Source of the DNA: Chiloscyllium plagiosum
Lineage: Eukaryota
Assembly: GCF_004010195.1 (NCBI RefSeq)
Contig: NC_057719.1
Span: 52,151,037-52,214,478 of the forward strand
DNA length: 63,442 bases
Reading direction: 5' to 3'
The notes under the pieces were generated by a model. That model made no database searches and was not told where the DNA came from. It saw only the letters and a list, made by a program, of their open reading frames with translations. A program made the position numbers and the translations under genes. Shown in pieces: positions 48,906 to 60,295 of this stretch; the first letter of the stretch is position 1; each line of letters begins with the position of its first letter.

Positions 48906-50718
48906 CTGTCTGCAAAGTCAAACAACTGAGCCATCTGTTTGCAATCCATCAATTGCAGCATAGGACACACATAAAAATAAAAAAAAAGATTCTTTGCATT
49001 CTGTGAGGGAGATTATCCTGAAACTAGGTTCAGGTTCATTGATTACCTGGGTGTAGTGAAAATCATGTGCAAGGAATGCATATCTGTTGACGAAATCACC
49101 CAATTTCCTTACATCAAAAATCAAATAGGTTTTATTTCCACATTTCTTTATGTCACATCTCTTCCAGGTTTGCCCATCTTGAAGAAGTTCTGATCCTCTC
49201 TCTGGCAGGATTTCTCTTTTAAACAGTCTTTTTGTTCTCCATCATTGCTTTCATTTTCTCTCCAGGTATTTGACAAAGTCTTTGCCAAAACTCACCTCCG
49301 CAGCCACATCTCATTCCTCATACACACCCTAGGTAAATTCTGACAGAAATTCTATCCTTTGAGTTTTGAACCCCCTCAGGATCACAGGTATCTCCATACT
49401 GCACAATGTTCCTTGGGCAGCTGTTCTTGCTGCATTCTGAGATCCACACTCAGCACTATGTGCCAACAGACACAGACTGTCAATCTATCTCCCCATCAGC
49501 ACCATCCCCCTCGTCTCACAGTCGTCTTGTCAAGAAAGAGGAGAGTTCTGATCGATGTACAATGTGTTGGACCCTAATAATTCCAGTAGTCATTTGTATA
49601 TTATTATTCATTTTTTGCTCATTTTATAGCACTTTGTTATTTATATTTTCATGGTCGGAATCTAATCTGCCGTTGGGGGAAACATGACTCATGAACTCAT
49701 TGGAGATTGTCTGTGGGCTTCTGGTGGTGGCAGGGTGGGGGACGGGAGGGAGTTGGTGGTAAGGTGATGGAGTTCCTTGTTCAAAGGCACCCAGTGTCTG
49801 ATGGAGAGTACCAACATTGGAAAGAGGATCCTACTAAGAGCCACCCATTGCCATTGTTGCTGACCTTACTTCCTGCCTCTCCAAAACAAATGCCCCTTGG
49901 TACATTCCTTACCATTGGCCTGGGATCCACTGACAAACCGAAGCCTTAACTTGATGTTCTACTGGCAGCTACCACCACTTTCATGTCAATCTTGAGGCTC
50001 CATGCAGCTACTAGCCTCTGACTGGAAGCTCTTGATGAATTGGATCTTTGCCCTGGTGTCTTTCTTCATGAATGTCAAGTATCTGGGTCTTATTGAAAAA
50101 AAGCAAAATGGTGCACTTGATGGTTCTTCAGCCTATGGGTGAAACCCCTGTTTCCTCTACTTAATCCATCCCTTGTGTTTGATTGAATACAATCTGATGG
50201 AAATTATTTGTTTTTAATACTTTGAATGAGCCAATGAGGTTCAAAACATCAGGTCTCATATTCCTCAATCACACTTGTAATTGTAGTATCAGCTGACTAC
50301 TTAATTTACATTATCATGACAGAATTGAAGCATTGTTTGGTCAGTATTGAAGAAAGTGGCTTATCTGACATATGAGCCTTACACAATAGTAAATTAGCAG
50401 ATCGATTGTTTAATGTCCATTTTGGTGCTTGACCTGTAATAAAATAATTATCTCAGGTATTGAAGTTGTAATAATGGTAAGGCAAAAATCCAGATGTTGC
50501 TGTCAGTTATTCTATGCCTTTCCAGAGAGTGCCCTGTAGTGGTCCACTACCTGAGTGCAATCAATAGAATTCATTTGAATTGATCAGAACCTCTATGCAT
50601 TTGCTGTTAATCTTGTTATAAAAATCGATGAAAACGTTCCACCTTACTGAATTGGGTTTTAATAGAGTGCTAGCTTTACGTTTACTGCTAGATGCTTTCA
50701 CCTACCATGAAAACCTAA

Positions 50719-50940
50719 TTCTATATTTGTGGATTTTCAAAATTTTCCATTATGGTAAAATAGCAATTTTTAGAAAAACTTAAAAAAAGAGGTGGGCTTG
50801 GATCGGCGCAACATCGAGGGCCAAAGGGCCTGTACTGCGCTGTATTCTTCTATGTTCTATGTTCTATATTCTATATTTGTGGATTTTCAAAATTTTACAT
50901 TATGGTAAAATAGCAATTTTTAGAAAAACTTAAAAAAAGA
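50719..50940 (+). mobile_element. 78-bp CR1 3' tail (50791-50868) flanked by a 72-bp direct repeat
   Basis: Insert ggatcggcgcaacatcgagggccaaagggcctgtactgcgctgta..(ttctatg)n; flanks 50719-50790 and 50869-50940 differ at one base. Confidence 0.92.
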
Positions 50941-51016
50941 CAAAAAACTTCTCATTGTTATATTAGCCTTTGTGTCAGCCTATGGACTTTGGAGCAAAGT
51001 ATGAATGCAGAAAGGA

Positions 51017-51305
51017 TGGCAAGTATGGCTCAGTGGTTAGCATTGCTGCCTCACAGCACCAGGGTCCCAGGTTCAATTCCAGCCTTGGACAATCATCTGT
51101 GTGAAGTTTGCACATTCTGCCTGTGTCTGTGTGTGTTTCCTCCCACAGTCCAAAGATGTGTAGGTCGGATGAATTGGCCATACTAAATTGCCCGTAGTGC
51201 TAGCTGCAGAGGGATTGGGTCTGGGTGGGTTACTCTTTGGAGGGTTGGTGTGGACTGGTTGGGCTGATGGGCCTGTTTCCACACTGTAGGGAATCTAATC
51301 TAATG
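51017..51305 (+). mobile_element. HE1-like SINE
   Basis: tggctcagtggttagcattgctgcctcacagc..ggttcaattcc; V core; tail gggcctgtttccacactgtagggaatctaatctaa. Confidence 0.9.
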
Positions 51306-51651
51306 AAATGGTAGAATTGTTTTAAGAAATCAAATGATCAATTTCTGTTGTGTTCCTATCTTCAAATTTGTAATCACTTGTTCTGTTAACTAAAACTTCA
51401 AAATGCAAATGAAGGATATTAACAACTTATAATTTCTTGGTTTGTGCGAATCATTCAATGTGATTGGTTACATATTTTCTGACAATTATTGCTGTTGCTA
51501 CATGCAAGATACCCTTTTGATATGATATTATACTGGACTGCCATCAGGAAAGGGAAAGATCGTGTCACAAGAATCATTAGATCTTGCTGAGCAAGCTATT
51601 TCCAGGTCAGAGATGAATACCTTTGGTTTTGACTGACTACAAAATCTGAGC

Positions 51652-51917
51652 TGAAAATGTGTTGCTGGAACAGCGCAGCAGGTCAGGCAGCATCCAGGGA
51701 ACAGGAGAATCGACGTTTCGGTCATAAGCCCTTCTTCAGGAATAAGGAAAGTGTGTCCAGCAGGCTAAGATAAAACGTAGGGAGGAGGGACTTGGGGGAG
51801 GGGTATTGGAAATGCGATAGGTAGAAAGAGGTCAAGGTGAGGGTGATAGGTCAGAGTGGGGTGGGGGCGGAGAGGTCAGGAAGAAGATTGCAGGTTAGGA
51901 AGGCGGTGCTGAGTATC
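51652..51917 (-). mobile_element. PLE family A 3' UTR/terminal fragment
   Basis: Pyrimidine-rich UTR plus terminal arm on the minus strand; 10-bp TSD aaatctgagc at 51642-51651 and 51918-51927. Confidence 0.85.
51708..51743 (-). ncRNA. Minimal hammerhead ribozyme motif (family A), core intact
   Basis: Minus strand AUUC-CUGAAGA-A-GGGC(UUAU)GACC-GAAA-CG-UC-GAUU. Confidence 0.72.
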
Positions 51918-53427
51918 AAATCTGAGCCATTGTATATCTTTGCTGCAAAGATTGGTACCGTTACTCTTCGTCACCTGACTCTGCTCATTATTTAATGGAA
52001 AACAGATTTATTCATAACTTTTCATTCTCAGGTTTGAGAGGGTGTGGTATTGAATTTCAACTCATCTCCAACTTCTTAAAATTCTCCCGGTCCTATCACT
52101 GACATGCAACTGCTGAAGGCTAATTACCAGATGAAAATTAATCTTAATTTCAAACACTATATATCCCTTTCAATAAATATGGATATTGATAATAACCTTG
52201 ACATTTACAGGTTTGCAAAAATGTAATATTATCTGAGCTGATATTGCTTTTACCAAATAAATATTTAATAAGATACTTGGTCCTGTGACAATGTTGGTTA
52301 TAGTTGAACAAGAATATTATTTTTCTTATTAGCACAGCTAAGACATAAAAAAGTTGATGGTGCACAAATTGTAAGTAAAAGCTTTTAACTAATTAGTTGT
52401 AAAATTTAAATTAATTTCTGATCATTTGCTAGTAGAGTATCCTACTTCTTTACAGCAAAACCCATGAAGGATATTGTAGGGTGCATTGAGGACTAACCTG
52501 CAGGACCAACAGTCAAAACTGTCAAATTTGTCAGCTGATTCATAGAATTTTCACAATTCTATAAAATTAATTGCAGGGAAAAGCAGAAAACTTGATAAAT
52601 AAAACAATGCATTTTGTACTTACAGATGAAGGAGTAGCAAGGCTTGACTAAGTCAGTTTTCTTTTCGCTGCAATTATGCATTGTGTACTAAGATTGTGAT
52701 TTATTTTTGGCATCCTTGATGAAATAGAAAATGCAAAAACAAAATCTTAAAACCAATTAGTAAGATCCCTCTTGACTTTTGGGAATTCTTATACATGTAA
52801 ATCTGTAACTGCTCCCACCTGCCAAATAGGTGGAGTGGTAGCAACTAGGTTGTGTCGGTACTGCAGGTACAATTTATCATTTGGACATATGTGATTGTTT
52901 ACAAACTGCAGCATCAGCACTTAATGATATGTCTTTGTTAACTAGGATTAGAATAAGGTTCATTATACACAACATTTCTCAAGGTCAAGCTACTAAGTGA
53001 GAGCACAGAAAAGACTGGTTAGCAGTAATCAAAGTTTTCTCTATTAGAGGTAGATCATTTGTTCTGTGAGCTTGCGAATTGTAGATTTTGTTTCTTTTTC
53101 TTTACTGTCATGGCTCAAGGCATGGATACTTTTCTCTAATTGATGTTACATTTTATCTACATGGGAGAATTTTATTGTATTAGCTGTCAAAGTCCCCAAA
53201 TTCAGGGGGTCTATAGAATAATAGCATAATGCAGCTCAGACGTTGGCCATTCTATTTATCATGTTTGTGTTGCTTGTTTGGTCAGACTATCCAATTAATC
53301 CTGTTTTGCCCCAGAGTCTTATAATGTCTTATTCGGTTCAAGTATGCAATAAATGTTTTTGACTGTTGCTATTGAATCTGCTTATACCATTTTTTAAGAC
53401 TGCGATTCGAGATCACAAGAACTCGCT

Positions 53428-53562
53428 GTGTAGGGTTTGGAGGGATATTGGCCGGGTGCTGGCAGGTCGGACTAGATTGGGTTGGGATATCTGGTCAGCA
53501 TGGACGGATTGGACCGAAGGGTCTGTTTCCATGCTGTACATCTCTGACTCTATGACCCTATA
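53428..53562 (+). mobile_element. CR1 (HER1-like) 3' tail
   Basis: Reverse complement of 5177-5305; ggaccgaagggtctgtttccatgctgtacatctctgactctatga. Confidence 0.9.
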
Positions 53563-53794
53563 AATCAAATGTTCCCTCATCTCACTTGTTTTTGGCTGCA
53601 GCATTCACCTTCAAACTGTATTCTATGTTTACATTTCATGTCAAGATGTCCCTGACCCATTTGAATTCTTTGAAAACCTTCTTAAAATGTGACACCCAGA
53701 ATGCAAGAATCCACTTGATACCTAATCAGTGATTAGCAAAAGATTGAGTGTAACTTCCTTGGTTTATTTTTTATTCTTCTATAAGGAATATTTT

Positions 53795-55150
53795 CATTTT
53801 TTATTAATTTATGGCACCTAAGCATCCATGGCAAGGCAAACATTTTTTGCCCATCCTTAAGTGCTCTTGAGACATGGTGATGGTGAGCTAACTTCTTAAA
53901 TAATTGAGGTCCTTGTGATGTAGACCCAGCTCCAGGTCTGTTAGGGAGGGATTGCCAAGTGTTTGCACTGTGGCAGTGAAGGAAAGACTTCTTATTTATG
54001 AATGGAGGAAAAGTCATTGATGAAGAAAATGAAGATAGTAGGGGTTAGAAGATTGATTTGAAGAACTTTTCTCATTATATCCTAGGGCTGAGATGATTCC
54101 CTTTCAATAACTACAACAATCTTCCTTTGAGTCAATTATGACTCCAGCCAATGGTTATAATTTTCACTGATTTCTAATAACTTCACTTTTACTAGGCTTT
54201 CTTGATGCCTCACTTTGCTTAGGGTGGTCACATTCATCACTCTTCTGGTATTCTGTTCTTTTGTCCATATTTAACATGAGGTCAGGAGCTGAATGATCCT
54301 GGCAGAACCCAGACTGAACACCAGTGAGCAGGTTAATCATGGGCATTGGAGGAACTGTCTCTGATAGCCCTCGTCACTTTATTGATGACAGAGAGGACAT
54401 GGCTGAATTGCTGTCTTTTTGAAAACAGGGCACGCTTAGGCAATTTTCTGCATGGTTAAGTCTGCACCAATATTGTAGTTGCATTGGGTCAACTGGCTGA
54501 GGTCATGCTAGTTCTAAAGCACAAATCTTCAATACTACAGCCAAGATATGTGAATGTCCATAGCCTTTACTGAATCAAGTGGCTTTATCGACCTTTGATA
54601 TCCTGTGGAATGAATCAAAATAGCTGATGATTGGCATCAATGATGGCTGAGACCTCAGGAATGGGCTATGACATATCATTGATTTGATTCTTGTGCCTGA
54701 AGATAGTTGCAATGCTTCAATGCTGACTTTTGCATTGATGTGCTAGACTTCCCATCATTGAGGATGGAAATATTTATGAAGCCCCCTCCTCCTCCTGTTT
54801 GTTATTTCATTCTTTGCCATCATTCATGACTGGATCTGGCAGGTCAACTCGGCTTTGAACTGCTTCATTGTTTGTGGGATAGTTTAACACTGCCTATAAC
54901 TTGTTGCTTCCATTTTTTTTAGTATACATGTAGTCCTGATATTGTAGCATCATCAAGGTGCCACCTTGCTTTGATTTGGAGGTGCCGGTGTTGGATTGTG
55001 GTGGACAAAGGTAAATTGGACTATAATCTGAAGTTTTGTGATTTTTAACCTTATTTTGAGGTATCCATAATGTTTCTCCTAGCATACTCATTAACAGTCA
55101 TTAAAAGAAGGTTGTTCCCTTGGCTTGATGATCATATTAGAGTCATGGAT
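53795..55150 (-). mobile_element. Decayed Crack-like LINE pieces, with a mini PLE-B hairpin at ~54972-55047
   Basis: 53795-53900 is the reverse complement of the tail seen at 43420-43500. Downstream has decayed RT/EN-region sequence; the nested insert tgatttggaggtgccggtgttgga..gtgatttttaac is family B. Confidence 0.55.
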
Positions 55151-55209
55151 TTCATGGAATTGTAGCAACAGGAAGGGAGTCTGTTGCGTGAAATCCTTCC
55201 TATGCTGGA

Positions 55210-55345
55210 ATTTCTAAAGAAGAGTCATAACAGACTTGAAACTTTAACTCTGTTTTTGTTTTTACAGATACTGCTAAGTTTCACCAGCACTTTCTGTTTT
55301 CATTTCTGATTACTGGTATCCATTGTGTTCTTGCTTTTATTTGAG
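55210..55345 (+). mobile_element. PLE family C terminal fragment
   Basis: ttctaaagaagagtcataacagacttgaaactttaactctg..cagatactgc..ccagcactttctgttttcatttc. Confidence 0.6.
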
Positions 55346-55892
55346 TGTCTACGCTAGTTTTCTGTCAGAACAACCCATCTAGTCCTACTCTGTTGAACTT
55401 ATCCAATGACTGTATGGTTTCTAATTCTTCAGATAATTATCCAATTATCTTGAAGGCCACAATTGAATCGGCCTCTACCACCCTCGGGCAATACATTCCA
55501 AATTCCGAATCGCTCACTGAATAAGAAACATCTTCATGTCACTGCCAGGTCTTTTTCCAGTCTTGTTAAATCAATGTCTCCTACTGCTTGTTCTTTGCAT
55601 GAATGGCAAGTTTCTACCTATCGATTCTGTCCACAATTTTCATGATTTTGAACTGTTTTATTGAATTTACAATCAATTGTTTCACCCCTGAGGAGAACAA
55701 TCCCAGTTTTGCCAATTTATTCACATCACTGAAGTCTCTTATTCTTGTAAACCTTTTTGTGCAAACCATTCAGTGCTATCAGATCTTTCCAAAAGTGTAG
55801 AGTGTGCAGTTTGACACAATTATTTCTTTGAGGCTGAAATAATGCTTTTGAAAGCTTCACCTTCGCCTCTTTGTTGTTGTATTCTCTGCCTC

Positions 55893-56670
55893 TACACAAA
55901 GCTGGGTGGCAGGGTGAAATGTGAGGAGGATGTTAGGAGAATACAGGGTGACCTGGACAGGCTAGGTGAGTGGACGGATGCATGGCAGATGCAGTTTAAT
56001 GTGGATAAATGTGTGGTTATCCACTTTGGTGGCAAGAACAGGAAGGCAGATTACTACCTAAATGGAGTCAAGTTAGGTAAAGGGNNNNNNNNNNNNNNNN
56101 NNNNNNNNNNNNNNNNNNNNNNNNNNNNNNNNNNNNNNNNNNNNNNNNNNNNNNNNNNNNNNNNNNNNNNNNNNNNNNNNNNNNNNNNNNNNNNNNNNNN
56201 NNNNNNNNNNNGGGACTATCTTACGCTGAAAGATTGGAGCGACTGGGCTTGTATACGCTTGAGTTTAGAAGGATGAGAGGGGATCTGATTGAGACGTATA
56301 AGATTATTAAAAGATTGGACACTCTGGAGGCAAGAAGCATGTTACCGCTGATGGGTAAATCCCAAACCAGATGACACAGTTTAAAAATAAGGGGTAGGCC
56401 ACTTAGAACAGAGTTGAGGAGAAACTTCTTCACCCAGAGAGTGGTAGATTGTATGGAATGCTCTGCCCCAGAAGGCTATGGAGGCCAAGTCTCTAGATAC
56501 TTTCAAGAAAGCGTTGGATAGAGCTCTTAAGGTGAGTGGAATCAAGGGTTATGGGGATAAGGCAGGAACAGGATACTGACTGAGGATGATCAGCCATGAT
56601 CATAATGAATGGTGGTGTTGGTTCGAAAGGCAGAATGGCCTACTCCTGCACCTATTGTCTATTGTCTACT
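55893..56670 (+). mobile_element. Young 5'-truncated CR1 nested in an old minus-strand CR1 (~55345-56770); contains gap
   Basis: TKLGGRVKCEEDVRRIQGDLDRLGEWTDAWQMQFNVDKC..HFGGKNRKADYYLNG; tail (attgtct)2. Confidence 0.9.
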
Positions 56671-56879
56671 TACAAATTTCAGGATTTGTATGTTTCCTTA
56701 GCTTGCTAACTAACTTCAATTATTTGCACTCATACCCCCAAGTCCCTCTGCTCCTGCACTTAGTCACTTTAGTGGGAAAATATGTACAATTGGATTTTTA
56801 ATTCCATTGTCTGATTTTAATAACTGAGATTTTCATGAACTGAAATGTGCATAGATCTTTAAAATGCCACAGTCATGTG

Positions 56880-57500
56880 TTGAAATGAATGAAGAAGGCT
56901 TTTGGAATGCTGACATCTAGATCTGAAGGATTGAAGTGTAAGGACATGGAAGTTATGCTGTAACTACTCAAAACCCTAGTTAAAGCCCACTTGGAATCAT
57001 GTAAGCAGATTTAGACACTGCACCCCTAGGAAGCATATGTGACTTTGGTGGAAATACACTGTAGGTTTACAAGAATGATACCTGGACTTCAGAAGTTAGG
57101 TTATGAGGAGAGATTGCACAAATTAGGCCTGTTTTCTCAAGAATTTTAAGATTAAGGGATGATCTGATTGACGTCTTCAAGATATTAACAGGAAAAGACA
57201 ACATGAATAAACCATTTCCAATGACTGGAGAATCTAGAACTCTGGGGCATAGTCTAAGAATTAGGGCCATTTAGGACAGATATTATGAAGAATTTTTAAC
57301 ACACAAGGGATAGTAGATATTCTAAATTCACGTCCACACATGACAGTTGATGATAATCAGTGGTTAGTTTTAAATGTGAGGCAGATTTTTGTTATTGAAA
57401 GTTATGAAGAAACATAGACCTAAAGCAGGTCTATCGAATATATTGAATATGGCAGAACAGGCTTGAGAGGCTGATTGGCCTACTCCTGCTCCTATAAACT
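56880..57500 (+). mobile_element. Old CR1 3' fragment
   Basis: RFTRMIPGLQKLGYEERLHKLGLFS..LRDDLIDVFKIL; 3' UTR ggcctactcctgcct. Confidence 0.8.
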
Positions 57501-57933
57501 CTGAGGTTCAGAGCAGTTTTGGAGAAACCAGAAGTGAGTCCAACAGCATGGCATCACCATGCTAATTGGCATTCCTGGGCCCCCAGGCAGCTGTGTGGCT
57601 GTACAATGAGCAGCATAGAGGGAATGTTGGTCTGCAACCTAAGTAACTGGAACTAAGTGGAAAATGTGGAAGATTTGAGGTCATTTTTCCCAATACTGTT
57701 ATGGACAGATGCATAACTTGAAAGCAGATTAGTGAGGATGAAGGGATATCTGCAAACTTTGGAACTATGATGTATGCATCAAGGCCACCTCATTACTATG
57801 CATCAGAAAGAGCAGTAGCCATAATGCCAATTCTAAAGAACACCTCTGTATCCCAATGTCCAGTCTGAAATACAACCATTTACCATTCACCACTACACCA
57901 TACACCATGTCACTTGGCCATTTTCACATTGTC

Positions 57934-58463
57934 AAGGAGTGTGGTGCTGGAAAAGCACAACCGGTCAGGCAGCATCAGAGGAGCAGGAGAATTGACATGC
58001 AGGTCCTGGGCCTCCTCCATTGCCAAACCATTGCCACCCGATGCCTGGAGGAAGAATGTCTCATCTTCCTCCTTTGGACCTTCTAACCACATGGGATCAA
58101 TGTGAATTTCACCAGTTTCCTTATTTCCCCTCCCCCCACCTTATCTCAGATCCAACCCTCCTCTTGACCTGTCCTACTTGTTCATCTTCCTTCCCATCTA
58201 TCTGCTCCACCCTCCTCTCTGAGCTATCACCTTCTCCCTCACCTTCATCTACCCATCGCATTGTCACTTACCTTTTCCCCCAGCCCCACCACCCTCCCAT
58301 TTATCGCTCAGCCCCCTTGGGCCACCCCCTCATTCCTGATGAAGCGCTTATGCTCAAAACGCCGTTTCTCTTGCTCCTCAGATGCTGCCTGACTGGCTGT
58401 ACTTTTACAGTGCCACACTCCTCGACTCTGATCTCCAGCATGTGCAATCCTCACTTTCTCTCA
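57934..58463 (+). mobile_element. 5'-truncated PLE family A with 5' inverted arm
   Basis: Inverted arm 57934-57997, EN C-terminus MQVLGLLHC..CLEEECLIF, UTR, cctgatgaagcgcttatgctcaaaacg, terminal tail; TSD core cacattgtc at 57925-57933 and 58468-58476. Confidence 0.87.
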
Positions 58464-59361
58464 ATTCCACATTGTCGCTACTGCTAAGCATGTCCACACT
58501 TGGCCAGTGAAATGCAAGTTAGTATAACTTGTTTAGCCCTCTTTTTTAATTTTTCTGATCCAAGTTAAAATAACTCAACAGTGAGGCTATTTTTTAACCC
58601 ATAAAACACATAAACATTAATTTATTACAAACTATTGATAATGGTTCCTTAATGGTATACTGTTGGAGTTAATTGCTTGAGTTCCTTCTTGCGGAAATGA
58701 AGTGGCTAACACTTGAAATCAGATGCAGCAGCTGTGATACTTTTGTCACTGAATAATTCTGTATTACATATGGACTCAGAAGGTCAGCAGATTTTCAGCC
58801 AGAGATAAGAATTTCTTGCTCTTTACAAGTTCTGTAGTTCCAACACTTTCACACTGCCTGACAGAACAGTGTATAGTTTCCTTGTCTAGATTCATCAAAA
58901 GCCCCCCTCTCTGAGACTGTTTCTCATAGCCTTTTTCTTGGAGTTCTGCACATAAAATTGGTGTACAGGAAGTTTTAATATATTTTAAACTTACTGCGTC
59001 CAAGGCATAACTTTCCAACTCTAATACCTGATTATCCCAGTTTTTGGAGCTAGACTTATCCATTGCCTTTTCACTGAAACAAACAGCTTTTCAAAAACCT
59101 TAGCAGTCAATTTGAATGGCTCTCACTTTGAAGTCTGTTGAAGGAGGAAAAGCTATTTGTATCTTACAGCAGAGATTCTCAACCAGTGTGCCATGGCAAG
59201 GTAAGATGTGTGCTGCAAGAATCTCAGGAAGCTGTGCCACTTCATATAGACTTCTGAACTTATGCGTGTGTAGAGATTTGTCACTGTGTACATGCGGAAA
59301 ATGGGAAATCCACTTGTTATGCAGCCTGTTGTATAAGCACAGGCCTAAACATTTGATTTGA

Positions 59362-60295
59362 GCCTCCACACTCAGACCCCACCCCTCCAACCATAATAAG
59401 GACAGAATGTCCCTGGTGCTCACCTTCCACCCTACCAACATTTCCCTTCCCACATGGTTAAGGATGCCCTCCAATGCATCTCATCCACATCCCACACCTC
59501 TGCCCTCAGACCCCACCCCTCCAACCATAACAAGGACAGAACACCCCTGGTGCTCACCTTCCACCCTACCAAGCTTCGCATAAACCAAATCATCCGCTGA
59601 CATTTCCACCACCTCCAAAAAGACCCGACCACCAGAGATATATTTCCCTCCCCACCCCTTTCCACCTTCCGCAAAGACTGTTCCCTCTGTGACTACGCCC
59701 CCCTACAATCCACCATACTGGCACCTTCCCCTGCCACTGCAGGCACTGCAAAACCTGTGCCCACACCTCCTCCCTCACCTCCATCCAAGGCCCTAAAGGA
59801 GTCTTCCACATCCATCAAAGTTTTACCTGCACATCCACTAATATCATTTATAGTATCCATTGCTCCCGATGCGGTCTCCTCTACATTGGGGAGACTGGAC
59901 GCCTCCTAGCAGAGCGCTTTAGGGAACACCTCCAGGACACCTGCAGCAATCAATCACACCACCCTGTGGCCCAACATTTCAACTCCCCCTCCCACTCTGC
60001 TGAGGACATGGAGGTCCTGGGCCTCCTTCACCACCGCTCCCTCACCACCCAATGCCTGGAGGAAGAACGCCTCATCTTCCACCTCAGAACGCTTCAACCC
60101 CAGGGCATCAATGTGGACTTCAACAGTTTCCTCATTTCCCCTTCCCCCACCTCACCCTAGTTCCAAACTTCCAGCTCAGCACTGTCCCCATGACTTGTCC
60201 GGACTTGTCCTACCTGCCTATCTCCTTTTCCACCTATCCACTCCACCCTCTCCTCCCTGACCTATCACCTTCATCCCCTCCCCCACTCACCCATT
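59362..60295 (+). pseudogene. Neptune-type PLE 3' portion: RT end, Cys linker, GIY-YIG endonuclease, 3' UTR
   Basis: PLVLTFHP, PCHCRHCKTCAH linker, FTCTSTNIIYSIHCSRCGLLYIGETGRLLAERFREHL, VAQHFN..EERLIFHLRTLQPQGIN; stop at 60160. Confidence 0.92.

Noticed and set aside
49700..50150. Old non-autonomous DNA-transposon-like relic (similar feel at 6690-7110 and 43760-43960)
   Set aside because: Too decayed; no termini or TSD could be defined by eye.
58776..59063. 95-aa minus-strand ORF in unique DNA (also 25478-25756 and 3836-4129)
   Set aside because: No recognisable motif or exon structure; lengths are compatible with chance.
59170..59200. Possible 31-nt exon (cttacag|...|gtaaga)
   Set aside because: Good splice signals but the peptide is unrecognised, and the sequence also resembles a decayed hAT-type terminus; neither reading could be supported.
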